A model generated the notes under the pieces. The model was not told where the DNA came from. It saw only the letters and a list, made by a program, of their open reading frames with translations, and did not search any database. Positions 1 through 8,468 of a stretch of 51,707 bases of DNA are shown here, piece after piece (position 1 is the stretch's first letter; the number at the start of each line of letters is the position of its first letter). The stretch is from Gammaproteobacteria bacterium (GTDB taxonomy: Bacteria; Pseudomonadota; Gammaproteobacteria; JBOHHR01): NCBI GenBank assembly GCA_050740975.1, contig JBOIEE010000011.1:1-51707 (forward strand), given 5' to 3'. A program made the position numbers and the translations under genes.

Positions 1-468
1 TCGCTCGTCGATCTCGCGCTGACGCAGCTTGGTGATCAGGATCTCATCCCGCACATCGCGTTTAAACTGGCTAAAATTATAGCCATCGCGCTCCAGTATG
101 GCGCGAAACTGTGGTATCGATAACCCGTTGTCCGCTGCGATGTTGTCCACGGCCTTGTTTAGGGTCGCATCATCCACTTGCAGCCCGGCACGAAGCGCTA
201 TCTGAAGTTGAATTTTTTTTAAGACCAAGCGTTCCAAGACCTGCCGTTTTAATTCCACAGCGGATGGTGGGCTACCACCTCGCTGGCGCAGTTCCTCCGC
301 GATGCGCCTCGTGTCCCGCTGCAGCTCGCTCGCCAACACGCAATCACCGTTGACTACGGCGACGATCTCATCGATGGGAATAGCGCCATCAGTGGGACCG
401 ACTAATAGGATGAAGCTGCAAAGGTAACAAGCAGGCTTTAATCGTTGCGCTTTAGAATTCATTTTCAT
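1..468 (-). CDS. surA: Periplasmic chaperone / peptidyl-prolyl isomerase SurA, N-terminal part (continues past the window edge)
   Basis: Absent from the ORF track because there is no stop in the window. My translation of the minus strand from ATG 468..466 gives MKMNSKAQRLKPACYLCSFILLVGPTDGAIPIDEIVAVVNGDCVLASELQRD...LVLKKIQLQIALRAGLQVDDATLNKAVDNIAADNGLSIPQFRAILERDGYNFSQFKRDVRDEILITKLRQREI. That is a signal peptide plus a SurA N-domain-like sequence. The start overlaps the lptD stop (452-454), matching the conserved lptD-surA order. Confidence 0.8.
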   Translation of the reverse strand, partial: MKMNSKAQRLKPACYLCSFILLVGPTDGAIPIDEIVAVVNGDCVLASELQRDTRRIAEELRQRGGSPPSAVELKRQVLERLVLKKIQLQIALRAGLQVDDATLNKAVDNIAADNGLSIPQFRAILERDGYNFSQFKRDVRDEILITKLRQREIDER

Positions 469-2716
469 ACCCTGGAATGCTACGCTTGAGGAAGGTGGTG
501 GTGCCCCTCCCCAGACCAGCGAGCCCTTTTAGTTCGATTTGGACAAAAAACGCATTGTCGAATTCCCTTTCTGTGTTGCGCAGAAAGCGCCGAAACACGG
601 CCCTCACCCCCCAGCAGCAATTGTTGTACTCCACGCCGGCTACGGCCTCCAAGGTCTCCGAACTCGCCAAAGAAAAATTCCAGCGGCCAAGGATGCTCCA
701 GTTGGGTGTGATCGGCCAGCGCGCCGAAACGTCGGTTTGCTCCAGGTCAAATTCGGCACGATCGAACTGATCGCGCCGAAACCGGTAAGCCGCGTTTACG
801 ATTTTTCCATCCTCGGACTGGTAGCGGATCCGAGCCGCGCTTTTCTCTGTTTCCCCGTCCGCCGGGTCCCATTGTAGATCATAAATGGCACCCCAACCCG
901 AAGGGAGCCTGGCGGCGAGTTCTACAATAAGGGGGGAGACAGTGTTATCCTCGATCGCCTGCCCCGGCAGTTGCACCTCCCGATCTCTCAGAAAATATTG
1001 CTGGCCAATGCTGGCGCGCACGTACTCCCATCCGGTATCGCGCGCCACCAGGCGCGAGGCCAAACCCAGCGAGAACTGGTTGGCATCCCCAATGCGATCA
1101 AGACCAATAAAGCGGTTATCCCGAAAAAGGTTAAAGTAAGCAATATCGTATTCTCCGGTATCAAAGACCGGGATGTCTTCTTGGCCGGTCTCCGGGACGT
1201 AAAGGTAAAACAGCCGGGGCTCCAAGGTATGCAATAAGCCGGTCCGACCAAAACGGAAGTCGCGTTCTAGGGTAAGCCCACTGTCGATGCTAAAAAGAGG
1301 CAAGGTGCGCTCGATGCGATCGTTAGTTTGCTGTTGTGGATCATCCAGAAAATACTGGGTGTGACGGACTCTAAGATTCGGCACCAAGAAAGTGCCCGCA
1401 GAACGCATGGGGAAGCTGAGCACCGGAGCCAGATCAACGCGCCCACCGGTTACGCTGTTTTCCCGCTCAAAGTTGGTGGTATCGACCTGAAGGTGGGCGT
1501 TAAGGCGCCGGTTTCCGCCCCAGGGGCTGTAAGCGAACACCGCCTGCGGCAGGATTTTATAGGGTTCGTCCGCGCTCGGAAGGCTGGCGTCTATACTTTG
1601 ATAATTAAGCACCTGGCCGAACAAGCTCCATGTCCCCCCCGCGTAAGACGCAGCCCCCCTTTGTAACAGAAAACGCTGGCTGGTCAGGCTTAGGCTGGTG
1701 CCGAAATCCTCCACATATTCCTTGTCCGATACCCAATTGTAGTCCACCGCGGCCGTGCCGCGGTCTCTCGCAAAGCGCTGGTTGAGCTTTAGGCCAGCGG
1801 CGGCGCGATCGTCACCCTCGCGTTTATCGTCTCCGGGCAGAAACTCCAAATCGAATTGCCCATTGCCGGAATGGGTCAAATAGCGGTATTCCGCCCCTAA
1901 CAGGACGCCCCGATCGCCCAATATCCTGGGGGTGAACGTGGCATCTTGGTTGGGGGCAATATTCCAATAGTAGGGGATCCGAAGGTCCGCCCCGGAGTTG
2001 GAACTGTTGCCGAGCGTGGGCGGCAGAAGACCGCTTTTGCGTTTGTCGCTGATGGGGAAATTCAGGTAAGGAAGATACAGCACCGGGACATCACGCAGAT
2101 TTAAAAAGATGTGCCAAGCGCGGCCTCTGTCGGCATTGTGGTCGAGCTTTATGTCCTTAGCCGCGAGCTTCCAAGCCGGGATCGCGCCAGGACAGGTTGT
2201 GTAGTCCACGTCTTCCAGATGGGTGATGTCATTCTTGGTTTCGACTTTGATCAAACGTGCGGCGCCGCGTCCGCGCTTGTTCAGCAAGCGATAGCGGCCC
2301 TGCTCACCCCGGGCGAGGTCTTTGGATCGTTCTAAGCTCGCTTTCTCCCCCGTCCAAAAGAGCGTATTGTCCCAGTAGCGCACGTTTCCGCTCGCCGTGA
2401 TCACGTCCTGTTTTTGGTCATAGGTCACGCGGTTGGCCTGCATGGCCTGGTCGAACTGCGATACCTGTACCTTCCCGCTGAACGTGGACTCCCCTTCTTC
2501 CACCACTTCCGCTTCATCTGCGTTTACCGCGATGCTTCCCGGCTCCCGCTGCTTGATGTCGGTGACGGGCTTTTCAGGCAGTGCCGGCTCGGCCGGACAC
2601 AGGCCCCATTGCGTTCCCGCATCGCCGGCGGCAGGCGTAACGGCCCACGCGCACGCGAGAGCAAGCGCGATACCGCAAACGCCGCGGGAGCCGCGTGACA
2701 GCAATGGCGTGAGCAA
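452..2716 (-). CDS. lptD: LPS-assembly outer membrane protein LptD
   Basis: 754-aa ORF with a signal peptide (GIALALACAWA), an OstA-like N-terminal region (VTYDQKQDVITASGNVRYWD) and a long beta-barrel-like remainder. surA lies immediately downstream. Confidence 0.9.
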   Translation of the reverse strand: MLTPLLSRGSRGVCGIALALACAWAVTPAAGDAGTQWGLCPAEPALPEKPVTDIKQREPGSIAVNADEAEVVEEGESTFSGKVQVSQFDQAMQANRVTYDQKQDVITASGNVRYWDNTLFWTGEKASLERSKDLARGEQGRYRLLNKRGRGAARLIKVETKNDITHLEDVDYTTCPGAIPAWKLAAKDIKLDHNADRGRAWHIFLNLRDVPVLYLPYLNFPISDKRKSGLLPPTLGNSSNSGADLRIPYYWNIAPNQDATFTPRILGDRGVLLGAEYRYLTHSGNGQFDLEFLPGDDKREGDDRAAAGLKLNQRFARDRGTAAVDYNWVSDKEYVEDFGTSLSLTSQRFLLQRGAASYAGGTWSLFGQVLNYQSIDASLPSADEPYKILPQAVFAYSPWGGNRRLNAHLQVDTTNFERENSVTGGRVDLAPVLSFPMRSAGTFLVPNLRVRHTQYFLDDPQQQTNDRIERTLPLFSIDSGLTLERDFRFGRTGLLHTLEPRLFYLYVPETGQEDIPVFDTGEYDIAYFNLFRDNRFIGLDRIGDANQFSLGLASRLVARDTGWEYVRASIGQQYFLRDREVQLPGQAIEDNTVSPLIVELAARLPSGWGAIYDLQWDPADGETEKSAARIRYQSEDGKIVNAAYRFRRDQFDRAEFDLEQTDVSARWPITPNWSILGRWNFSLASSETLEAVAGVEYNNCCWGVRAVFRRFLRNTEREFDNAFFVQIELKGLAGLGRGTTTFLKRSIPGYENEF

Positions 2717-2907
2717 GGGTAAAAAGCCTGTTTTATAAGCTTATCCTGGCCAAACCTTTGCCCAATGTGTTTAAAATGGATGGGTATGACATTCCACGCT
2801 CCCCAAATTTTTCCCCTCGAGTCCATTGTAACAGCATCTTGCTTTTTGGGCGCGCCTTCCCTCGCCACTGGAAAACCGTGTTAACGGCCGGGAAAAAAAA
2901 CAACCAA

Positions 2908-3735
2908 ATGCGAAACAAGGTGATTTTGATCACCGGGTGCTCTAGCGGTATCGGCCTCTGCGTGGCGCATGGCTTGAGGGAACGTGGCTACCGGGTGTTT
3001 GCCAGCGCACGAAAGCACACCGACGTAGCGCGGCTGGCGGCAGAGGGCTTTGCCAGCCTTCAGCTCGATCTCGCGAACTCAAGCTCTATCCATGCGGCCG
3101 TGGACAGCGTGCTCGAACAGACGGGCGGACGGCTTTATGGCCTATTCAACAATGGCGCGTACGGGCAGCCTGGGGCGGTAGAGGATCTATCACGAGCATG
3201 CCTGCGTGAACAATTTGAGGTAAACCTGTTTGGGGCTCTGGAGTTGACCAACCGGGTTATTCCCGTCATGCGGCAGCAAGGTCATGGTCGGATCATTCAA
3301 AACAGCTCGCTATTGGGGTTTGTCGCGTTACCCTACCGTGGGGCTTACAATGCCAGCAAGTTCGCACTGGAAGGGATAACGCGGACGCTACGGCTGGAAC
3401 TGAGAGGCACCGACATTCACGCTGTGTTGATCGAGCCAGGCCCGATCGCGAGTAGTTTCCGGGCCAATGCGTATGCAGCCTTCCTGCGCCATATCGACCC
3501 CAACGCGAGCGTGCACGGCGAAGCCTATCATAAGCTTCTGGAGCGTCTCGCGGCCAAAGACCCCACGGCGCGGTTTACCTTGGCTCCGGATGCGGTGCTC
3601 ACGCGTGTGATCACTGCGTTAGAGAGCCGGCATCCGCGACCGCATTACTATGTGACGTTTCCAAGCTATCTTTTCGCCGCTTTGAAACATATCCTGCCTT
3701 ACCGCCTGTTGGAATCGATGTTGGCCAGGATATAA
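2908..3735 (+). CDS. Short-chain dehydrogenase/reductase (SDR) family oxidoreductase
   Basis: ATG at 2908 gives MRNKVILITGCSSGIGL (the TGxxxGIG Rossmann motif). The catalytic YNASKFALEG (YxxxK) is present. The upstream part of track ORF 2758.. (TTG start) has no SDR-like sequence. Confidence 0.85.
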   Translation: MRNKVILITGCSSGIGLCVAHGLRERGYRVFASARKHTDVARLAAEGFASLQLDLANSSSIHAAVDSVLEQTGGRLYGLFNNGAYGQPGAVEDLSRACLREQFEVNLFGALELTNRVIPVMRQQGHGRIIQNSSLLGFVALPYRGAYNASKFALEGITRTLRLELRGTDIHAVLIEPGPIASSFRANAYAAFLRHIDPNASVHGEAYHKLLERLAAKDPTARFTLAPDAVLTRVITALESRHPRPHYYVTFPSYLFAALKHILPYRLLESMLARI

Positions 3736-3910
3736 CTCATGGATCCTTCGAAAAATTCCATCCCTGAATTTTTTTGAATCAAAACGGAAATGCAATTTTT
3801 GCTTTGCTCCATGTCGCAAACAGCGCCTGTTTCCAACATGTGCGGCATCTCCCTATGCCGCCGGGCCTTTCGAGTTATTCGAATCGCCTATATTCGCAGA
3901 GGATGTAACC

Positions 3911-4780
3911 ATGAAACTCGTGACTTTCACACACCTGGGGGACACCCGGATCGGCGTGGTCGCGGACGGCGAAGTGGCGGATGGGCGCCACGCCCCGGTG
4001 CCGCAGGAAATGAGGGAGCTTATCGCGGCTGGCCAGCCGGCGTTACAAGCGCTTAAGGCCCTCGTGGACTCCAAGGCGCACCGCGTCCCGCTCTGCGAGG
4101 TGCACTTGAGAGCACCCGTGGGGCGACCGGGGAAGTTTCTCGCCATAGGTCTGAATTACCTCAACCATATCGAGGAGACGGAGCTGAAGCCCCCCGAGTT
4201 TCCGGTCTTTTTCAACAAGCAAACCACTTGCGTCAACGGGCCTTACGACTGCATACACAAACCGCGCGTCTCCGACAAGCTGGACTACGAGGGCGAGCTG
4301 GGTTTCGTGATCGGCCGCCGTTGCCGCCATGTGCCCAAACAGCGGGCGCCGGAGGTGATCGCGGGATATCTCATCGTCAACGACGTGAGTGTGCGCGACT
4401 GGCAGGCGCGCTCGAAGACCATGACTCTCGGCAAGTCCTTCGATACCCATGGGCCGATCGGACCGTGGATAGTGACACCGGATGAGATCGGGAACCCGCA
4501 CACTCTGGATCTAAGAACCTGGGTGAACCATGAGCTGAGACAAGCGGCCAATACCCGGGAAATGATCTTCAATTGTTTTGAGCAAGTCGAGTTCTTATCC
4601 ACGGCCTTTACCCTAGAGCCCGGGGATATCATCTCCACGGGTACCAGCAGTGGGGTAGGGGTTAAAATGAACCCAAGGGGTTACCTTAAGCCTGGGGATC
4701 GGGTGCGTGTTGAAATCGAACGCATCGGGCATATCGAAAACCCGGTGATCGAAGAGCCGGACAACACAGCGCTACTGTAA
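3911..4780 (+). CDS. Fumarylacetoacetate hydrolase (FAH) family protein
   Basis: 289 aa. It starts MKLVTFTHLGDTRIGVV and contains KFLAIGLNYLNHIEE, DYEGELGFVIG and GDIISTGTSSGVG, a typical FAH-family layout. GAGGA lies upstream of the ATG. Confidence 0.8.
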   Translation: MKLVTFTHLGDTRIGVVADGEVADGRHAPVPQEMRELIAAGQPALQALKALVDSKAHRVPLCEVHLRAPVGRPGKFLAIGLNYLNHIEETELKPPEFPVFFNKQTTCVNGPYDCIHKPRVSDKLDYEGELGFVIGRRCRHVPKQRAPEVIAGYLIVNDVSVRDWQARSKTMTLGKSFDTHGPIGPWIVTPDEIGNPHTLDLRTWVNHELRQAANTREMIFNCFEQVEFLSTAFTLEPGDIISTGTSSGVGVKMNPRGYLKPGDRVRVEIERIGHIENPVIEEPDNTALL

Positions 4781-4874
4781 GCGCGGTTGTTAGCTTGTTA
4801 GCAATGGGATTTCCAGCCGCTACGCTCTCGACGCCGAAGCAGGGATCCCCAGCGGGTGGATTAGGCCACGTGAC

Positions 4875-4897
4875 GACGCACCTTTGCGTCCCTTTTT
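4875..4897 (+). terminator. Weak hairpin plus T-run downstream of the FAH-family gene
   Basis: gacgca-cctt-tgcgtc (6-bp stem, 4875-4890) is followed by cctttttaa. The stem is short, so confidence is low. Confidence 0.3.
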
Positions 4898-4967
4898 AAG
4901 ATTTGGGGGATCGAAAGGAACTGAGGTTGTTGGCCATCTTTGGGGGGGTCCTTGAAGTAGACCGCCG

Positions 4968-7025
4968 ATGACAGAGAAAAAACTTCACCAAATAGAGATC
5001 CTGGACCTGGCGCACGTTCTAGTTCGCAACATTAAGGACCAGATCATCCTCTGGAACACCGGCGCCGAACAACTATACGGGTGGAACAAGGAGGAAGCTT
5101 TGGGGCAAATATCGCATGCTTTGCTGCAGACGCAGTTTCCAGAGCCCCTCCCTAGCATTAGGACTCAGCTTTGGAAAGGTGGCCAATGGAAGGGTGAGCT
5201 GATGCATCGCACCCGTGATGGACACCAGATCGCGGTTGCCAGCCACTGGGTATTACACAAGGACGCAGAGGGCGTTCCGACGGCGATCCTTGAAGTCAAT
5301 AACGACATTACCGAACTTAAGCGCTCACAGCGCGTGGTCCAACAATTAAACATTGCGCTCGCTAATGCAATGCCCGGGATCGCGCGCTGCGATGCGAGGG
5401 GGCGGTATGTAGAGGTCAACGACCATTATGCGCGAATGTTGGGCTATGCGCATTCCGAATTGCTGGGAGCCGACTGGAGGCCGATCATTCATCCGGAAGA
5501 CCAGCAGCTGGTACAGGGCACATATGAGCGCCTACGGGGAAAAGGCCAGGCGGAGTTCGAGGGGAGAGCCGTGCGCAAGGACGGCTCCGCGTTTCACGTG
5601 CAGACATTGCTGGTCGCGATTACTGAACCAAGGGGGAAGTTCGACGGGCATTATTGTTTCATTCGCGACATCAGCGAGCGCAAGTACGAACAAGAGTTGC
5701 GAGAATCCCGAGAGCGGCTACGCGCGTTTGCGATTCACCTTGACTCTGCTATTGAAGCCGAACGCGTGCGCATCTCGCGGGACATCCGCGATGAGTTGGG
5801 ACAGACACTCACAAGCTTAGCCATCGATCTCGGGTGGATGGAGGCGCAGATGCGACAGCTACCGGCGCAACAAGAGTTTAATGCGTTGCGGACCAAGATC
5901 AAATCGATGTCTGAAACGGTCGAAAGCATGATTACCAACATCCGTCAGATCGCGACCGACTTGAGACCTCCGCTATTGGATAAGGTCGGCCTGGGCGCCG
6001 CCATAGAGACCCACGCTCGGCAGTTTCAGGAACGCACCGGTATCCACTGTAAAGTCAGTTTGGTGGGCGATAGTGCACTTGAGCAGGATCGTGCTCTCGG
6101 CGTTTTTCGAGTCTACCAGGAAGCCATGACGAACGTAGCCCGGCACGCACGAGCAAGTCAAGTTGAGATCACGCTGTTTCGGGAGGAGGGTTCGTTGCTT
6201 CTGGAAGTCAGCGACAACGGGCGCGTCGCCGGTGTTGAAGCCGCTGATTCCGCGTCTATGGGTATCATCGGAATGCAAGAGCGCGCGCGCATCTTAGGTG
6301 GTTCACTGGATATTCATAGGGATCCCGGCGCTGGTACCACTGTTCGATTAGACGTACCCATGATGAGATCCGTTAGTGCGCAAGGCCTAAAAAGTACAAA
6401 AATCCTAATAGTCGATGACCATCCCATCGTGCGCCATGGTGTAAAGCAAATCCTGATGCAAGCTCCTTTGGGCGCCACGGTCGATGAGGCGGGAGACGCC
6501 GCCAGCATGCGGGAACATGTGCTGACGAAAGATTGTGATCTGGTATTGCTCGATCTCTCGCTGCCCCAGAAAAGCGGACTCGAATGTCTAAGCGATCTCA
6601 AGCGCATTCGACCCAAGTTGCCGGTGCTGGTGTTGAGCATGTACAGCGACATTCAGTTTGCGGTACCCGCATTGAAAGCCGGGGCCTCGGGATACTTGAC
6701 TAAAGAACGTGCCCCCAAGGAGCTGGTCAACGCGGTGAAAAAAATCCTCGCCGGCGGAAAATACATCAGCGAGCAATTGGCGAAACAGCTCGCTTTTGAC
6801 CTGATCGATGGTGCGGGCAAGCTACCGCACGAGCTCCTATCCGAGCGAGAGTTCCACGTCATGCGTTTGATCGGCTCCGGTAGAGCGATAACTGAGATCG
6901 CGCAGGAAGTGTGCTTGAGCCCCAAGACGATCAGCACGTACCGCAGTAGGGTTCTGCGCAAGATGAAGCTAAACACAAACGCGGATCTAACCCAATATTG
7001 CACTCGCCACGGTCTAATACCCTAG
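4968..7025 (+). CDS. Fused two-component protein: PAS-PAS-HisKA_3-HATPase sensor kinase joined to a REC + LuxR-type HTH (NarL/FixJ-like) response regulator
   Basis: 685-aa uninterrupted ORF. It has two PAS-like blocks (ending NNDITELKRSQ and IRDISERKYEQEL) and a HisKA_3-like dimerisation box, AERVRISRDIRDELGQTLTSL. ATPase boxes are YQEAMTNVARHA, SDNGRV and GIIGMQERARILGG. The REC part is KILIVDDHPIVRHG...DLVLLDLSLP...LKAGASGYLTK. The LuxR HTH is LSEREFHVMRLIGSGRAITEIAQEVCLSPKTISTYRSRVLRKM. Confidence 0.85.
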   Translation: MTEKKLHQIEILDLAHVLVRNIKDQIILWNTGAEQLYGWNKEEALGQISHALLQTQFPEPLPSIRTQLWKGGQWKGELMHRTRDGHQIAVASHWVLHKDAEGVPTAILEVNNDITELKRSQRVVQQLNIALANAMPGIARCDARGRYVEVNDHYARMLGYAHSELLGADWRPIIHPEDQQLVQGTYERLRGKGQAEFEGRAVRKDGSAFHVQTLLVAITEPRGKFDGHYCFIRDISERKYEQELRESRERLRAFAIHLDSAIEAERVRISRDIRDELGQTLTSLAIDLGWMEAQMRQLPAQQEFNALRTKIKSMSETVESMITNIRQIATDLRPPLLDKVGLGAAIETHARQFQERTGIHCKVSLVGDSALEQDRALGVFRVYQEAMTNVARHARASQVEITLFREEGSLLLEVSDNGRVAGVEAADSASMGIIGMQERARILGGSLDIHRDPGAGTTVRLDVPMMRSVSAQGLKSTKILIVDDHPIVRHGVKQILMQAPLGATVDEAGDAASMREHVLTKDCDLVLLDLSLPQKSGLECLSDLKRIRPKLPVLVLSMYSDIQFAVPALKAGASGYLTKERAPKELVNAVKKILAGGKYISEQLAKQLAFDLIDGAGKLPHELLSEREFHVMRLIGSGRAITEIAQEVCLSPKTISTYRSRVLRKMKLNTNADLTQYCTRHGLIP

Positions 7026-7357
7026 ACAACACGTGCAATTATTGCCGTCCCCCCACTTGTGGGATTTAGACTACAAAGATAAAGCAGATCTCTGACAGAC
7101 CACAGCGTTAGGCCTATGGTACCGTGATCTGGTTTAGGGATCTGTTACAGATCTCGGCATCAAGGAGAGCCAATAACCCTTACCGACGACTACTAGTTCA
7201 GTACTTACTGGTCAAGATAGGCCCAGTGTGCTGCAGATTCCAGAAAAGCTATGGTAACGGAATACAGCTACGGTTGTTTTGGTGCGCGCTTCAGAGCAGA
7301 CTTCGAATGCCGCGATCCTGAACCCGTCTTGCGATTGCGAGCGCCGGCCCGAGCTTT

Positions 7358-8434
7358 TTGGATCTGGTACACTCGCTAAGGCCTGCCCACGGCACTGGAA
7401 CTGTGATGGGTGCCTATAGTTCTAGCACCCTGGTTTCTGAGAGGAAAGCGCGTCATTACAATCTCGCGCTCGTCATCTGGCTGTCGGTCTTTCTTCTGCT
7501 TTGGACCGCCGTTTTAATAACTCTTGACCGCACAGAACGCTTGCCTGCACCACCGATCACCGCCACTACCTGCATAGACGAAAAGTTCAAATTTCTGCAT
7601 GAAAGCGAACTATCCGACGTGAAAGTCGCGGCGATCGGGTCTTCCGTAACACTGCTGAGCGTCAACCTCGCGCTTTTGGAACAAACATACGGTGAACGAG
7701 CTAAACCGATCAACTTAGCACCGTGCTACCTTCGAATGAATCAGATCGAATTTCTTTCTGATTTTTATCTCGACAATATGTCCCAGGTTCACACGGTGTT
7801 CAGCGTGTTCTCGATGCGCGATTTTACCGATTGTGCAACTAATCCAACTGAATTTTTTGATCGCGATGTGGCCCATCGCTACGTGTTCGATAAATACAAG
7901 AGCTGGCATCTGTATTTTGCCAACTTCCGTCCAAAGCATTTTTTCAATGCTGTCAGGGAACTACCGGAGAAGCGAATCACAGGGGGGTTTAACATGGATC
8001 GTTATGGCTCGGAGCCTGCGCATGGCGCCCCCGATCCGCGCCAAGATGTAATCGTAGACCAAACCTGCTTCACAGCATTACAGCGCATGAGCGAGGATCT
8101 GGCGCGACGAAAAATCGATTTCGTTGCTGTGCTACTCCCACCTATGCCGATGTGGTTAAATCGATACGATCCAAATGGCGCGCGCGACAGAGCGTACCGC
8201 TCCGCTGTCGCCGCTCATGTCGACCCAGAGCACACCCTACTAATCGACACCGCCAAAGGGCTACCCCTCGATGACGAGCACTTTACCGATCCGGCGCATT
8301 TGCGGTGGGATTCCGTGCCGCTTTTGATGCAATACGTCATCGAAAAGATGGAGCAGGCGGGCATCACACTCGCAAGCATCACAGAAAAGACGGGGCAGGC
8401 TAGCAAGCAACGTAAAACAAACATATCGGGCTAA
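7358..8434 (+). CDS. Membrane-anchored hypothetical protein, possibly an SGNH/GDSL-like acyl-transfer partner of the downstream MBOAT
   Basis: One N-terminal TM helix (LALVIWLSVFLLLWTAVLITL). There is a possible block-I VAAIGSSVT and a block-V-like DPAH near the C-terminus (DDEHFTDPAHLRWD). It ends 34 nt before the MBOAT gene. The start is uncertain: TTG at 7358 or ATG at 7406. Confidence 0.4.
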   Translation: MDLVHSLRPAHGTGTVMGAYSSSTLVSERKARHYNLALVIWLSVFLLLWTAVLITLDRTERLPAPPITATTCIDEKFKFLHESELSDVKVAAIGSSVTLLSVNLALLEQTYGERAKPINLAPCYLRMNQIEFLSDFYLDNMSQVHTVFSVFSMRDFTDCATNPTEFFDRDVAHRYVFDKYKSWHLYFANFRPKHFFNAVRELPEKRITGGFNMDRYGSEPAHGAPDPRQDVIVDQTCFTALQRMSEDLARRKIDFVAVLLPPMPMWLNRYDPNGARDRAYRSAVAAHVDPEHTLLIDTAKGLPLDDEHFTDPAHLRWDSVPLLMQYVIEKMEQAGITLASITEKTGQASKQRKTNISG

Positions 8435-8468
8435 CGCACGATCTCCCTGTACCCGATAGGATCCGAGA

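Noticed and set aside
111-353. 80-aa plus-strand ORF at the left edge
   Set aside because: It lies antisense to a clearly SurA-like minus-strand reading frame. Its composition is Pro/Arg/Cys-rich, as expected for a shadow ORF in GC-rich coding DNA.
477-2738. Multiple 80-115-aa plus-strand ORFs inside lptD (477..770, 539..877, 885..1139, 1328..1666, 2414..2698 and others)
   Set aside because: All are antisense or out of frame within a well-supported 754-aa LptD ORF, and none has recognisable motifs. I applied the same reasoning to the many short overlapping ORFs inside every other large gene in the track.
7124-7321. 65-aa ORF, plus an imperfect 15-nt inverted repeat (7085-7099 / 7141-7155, 12 of 15 matching) in the 330-nt gap after the kinase-regulator gene
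   Set aside because: The ORF has no RBS or recognisable sequence. The inverted repeat is imperfect with a 41-nt loop, which is not enough to call an sRNA, MITE or IS end.
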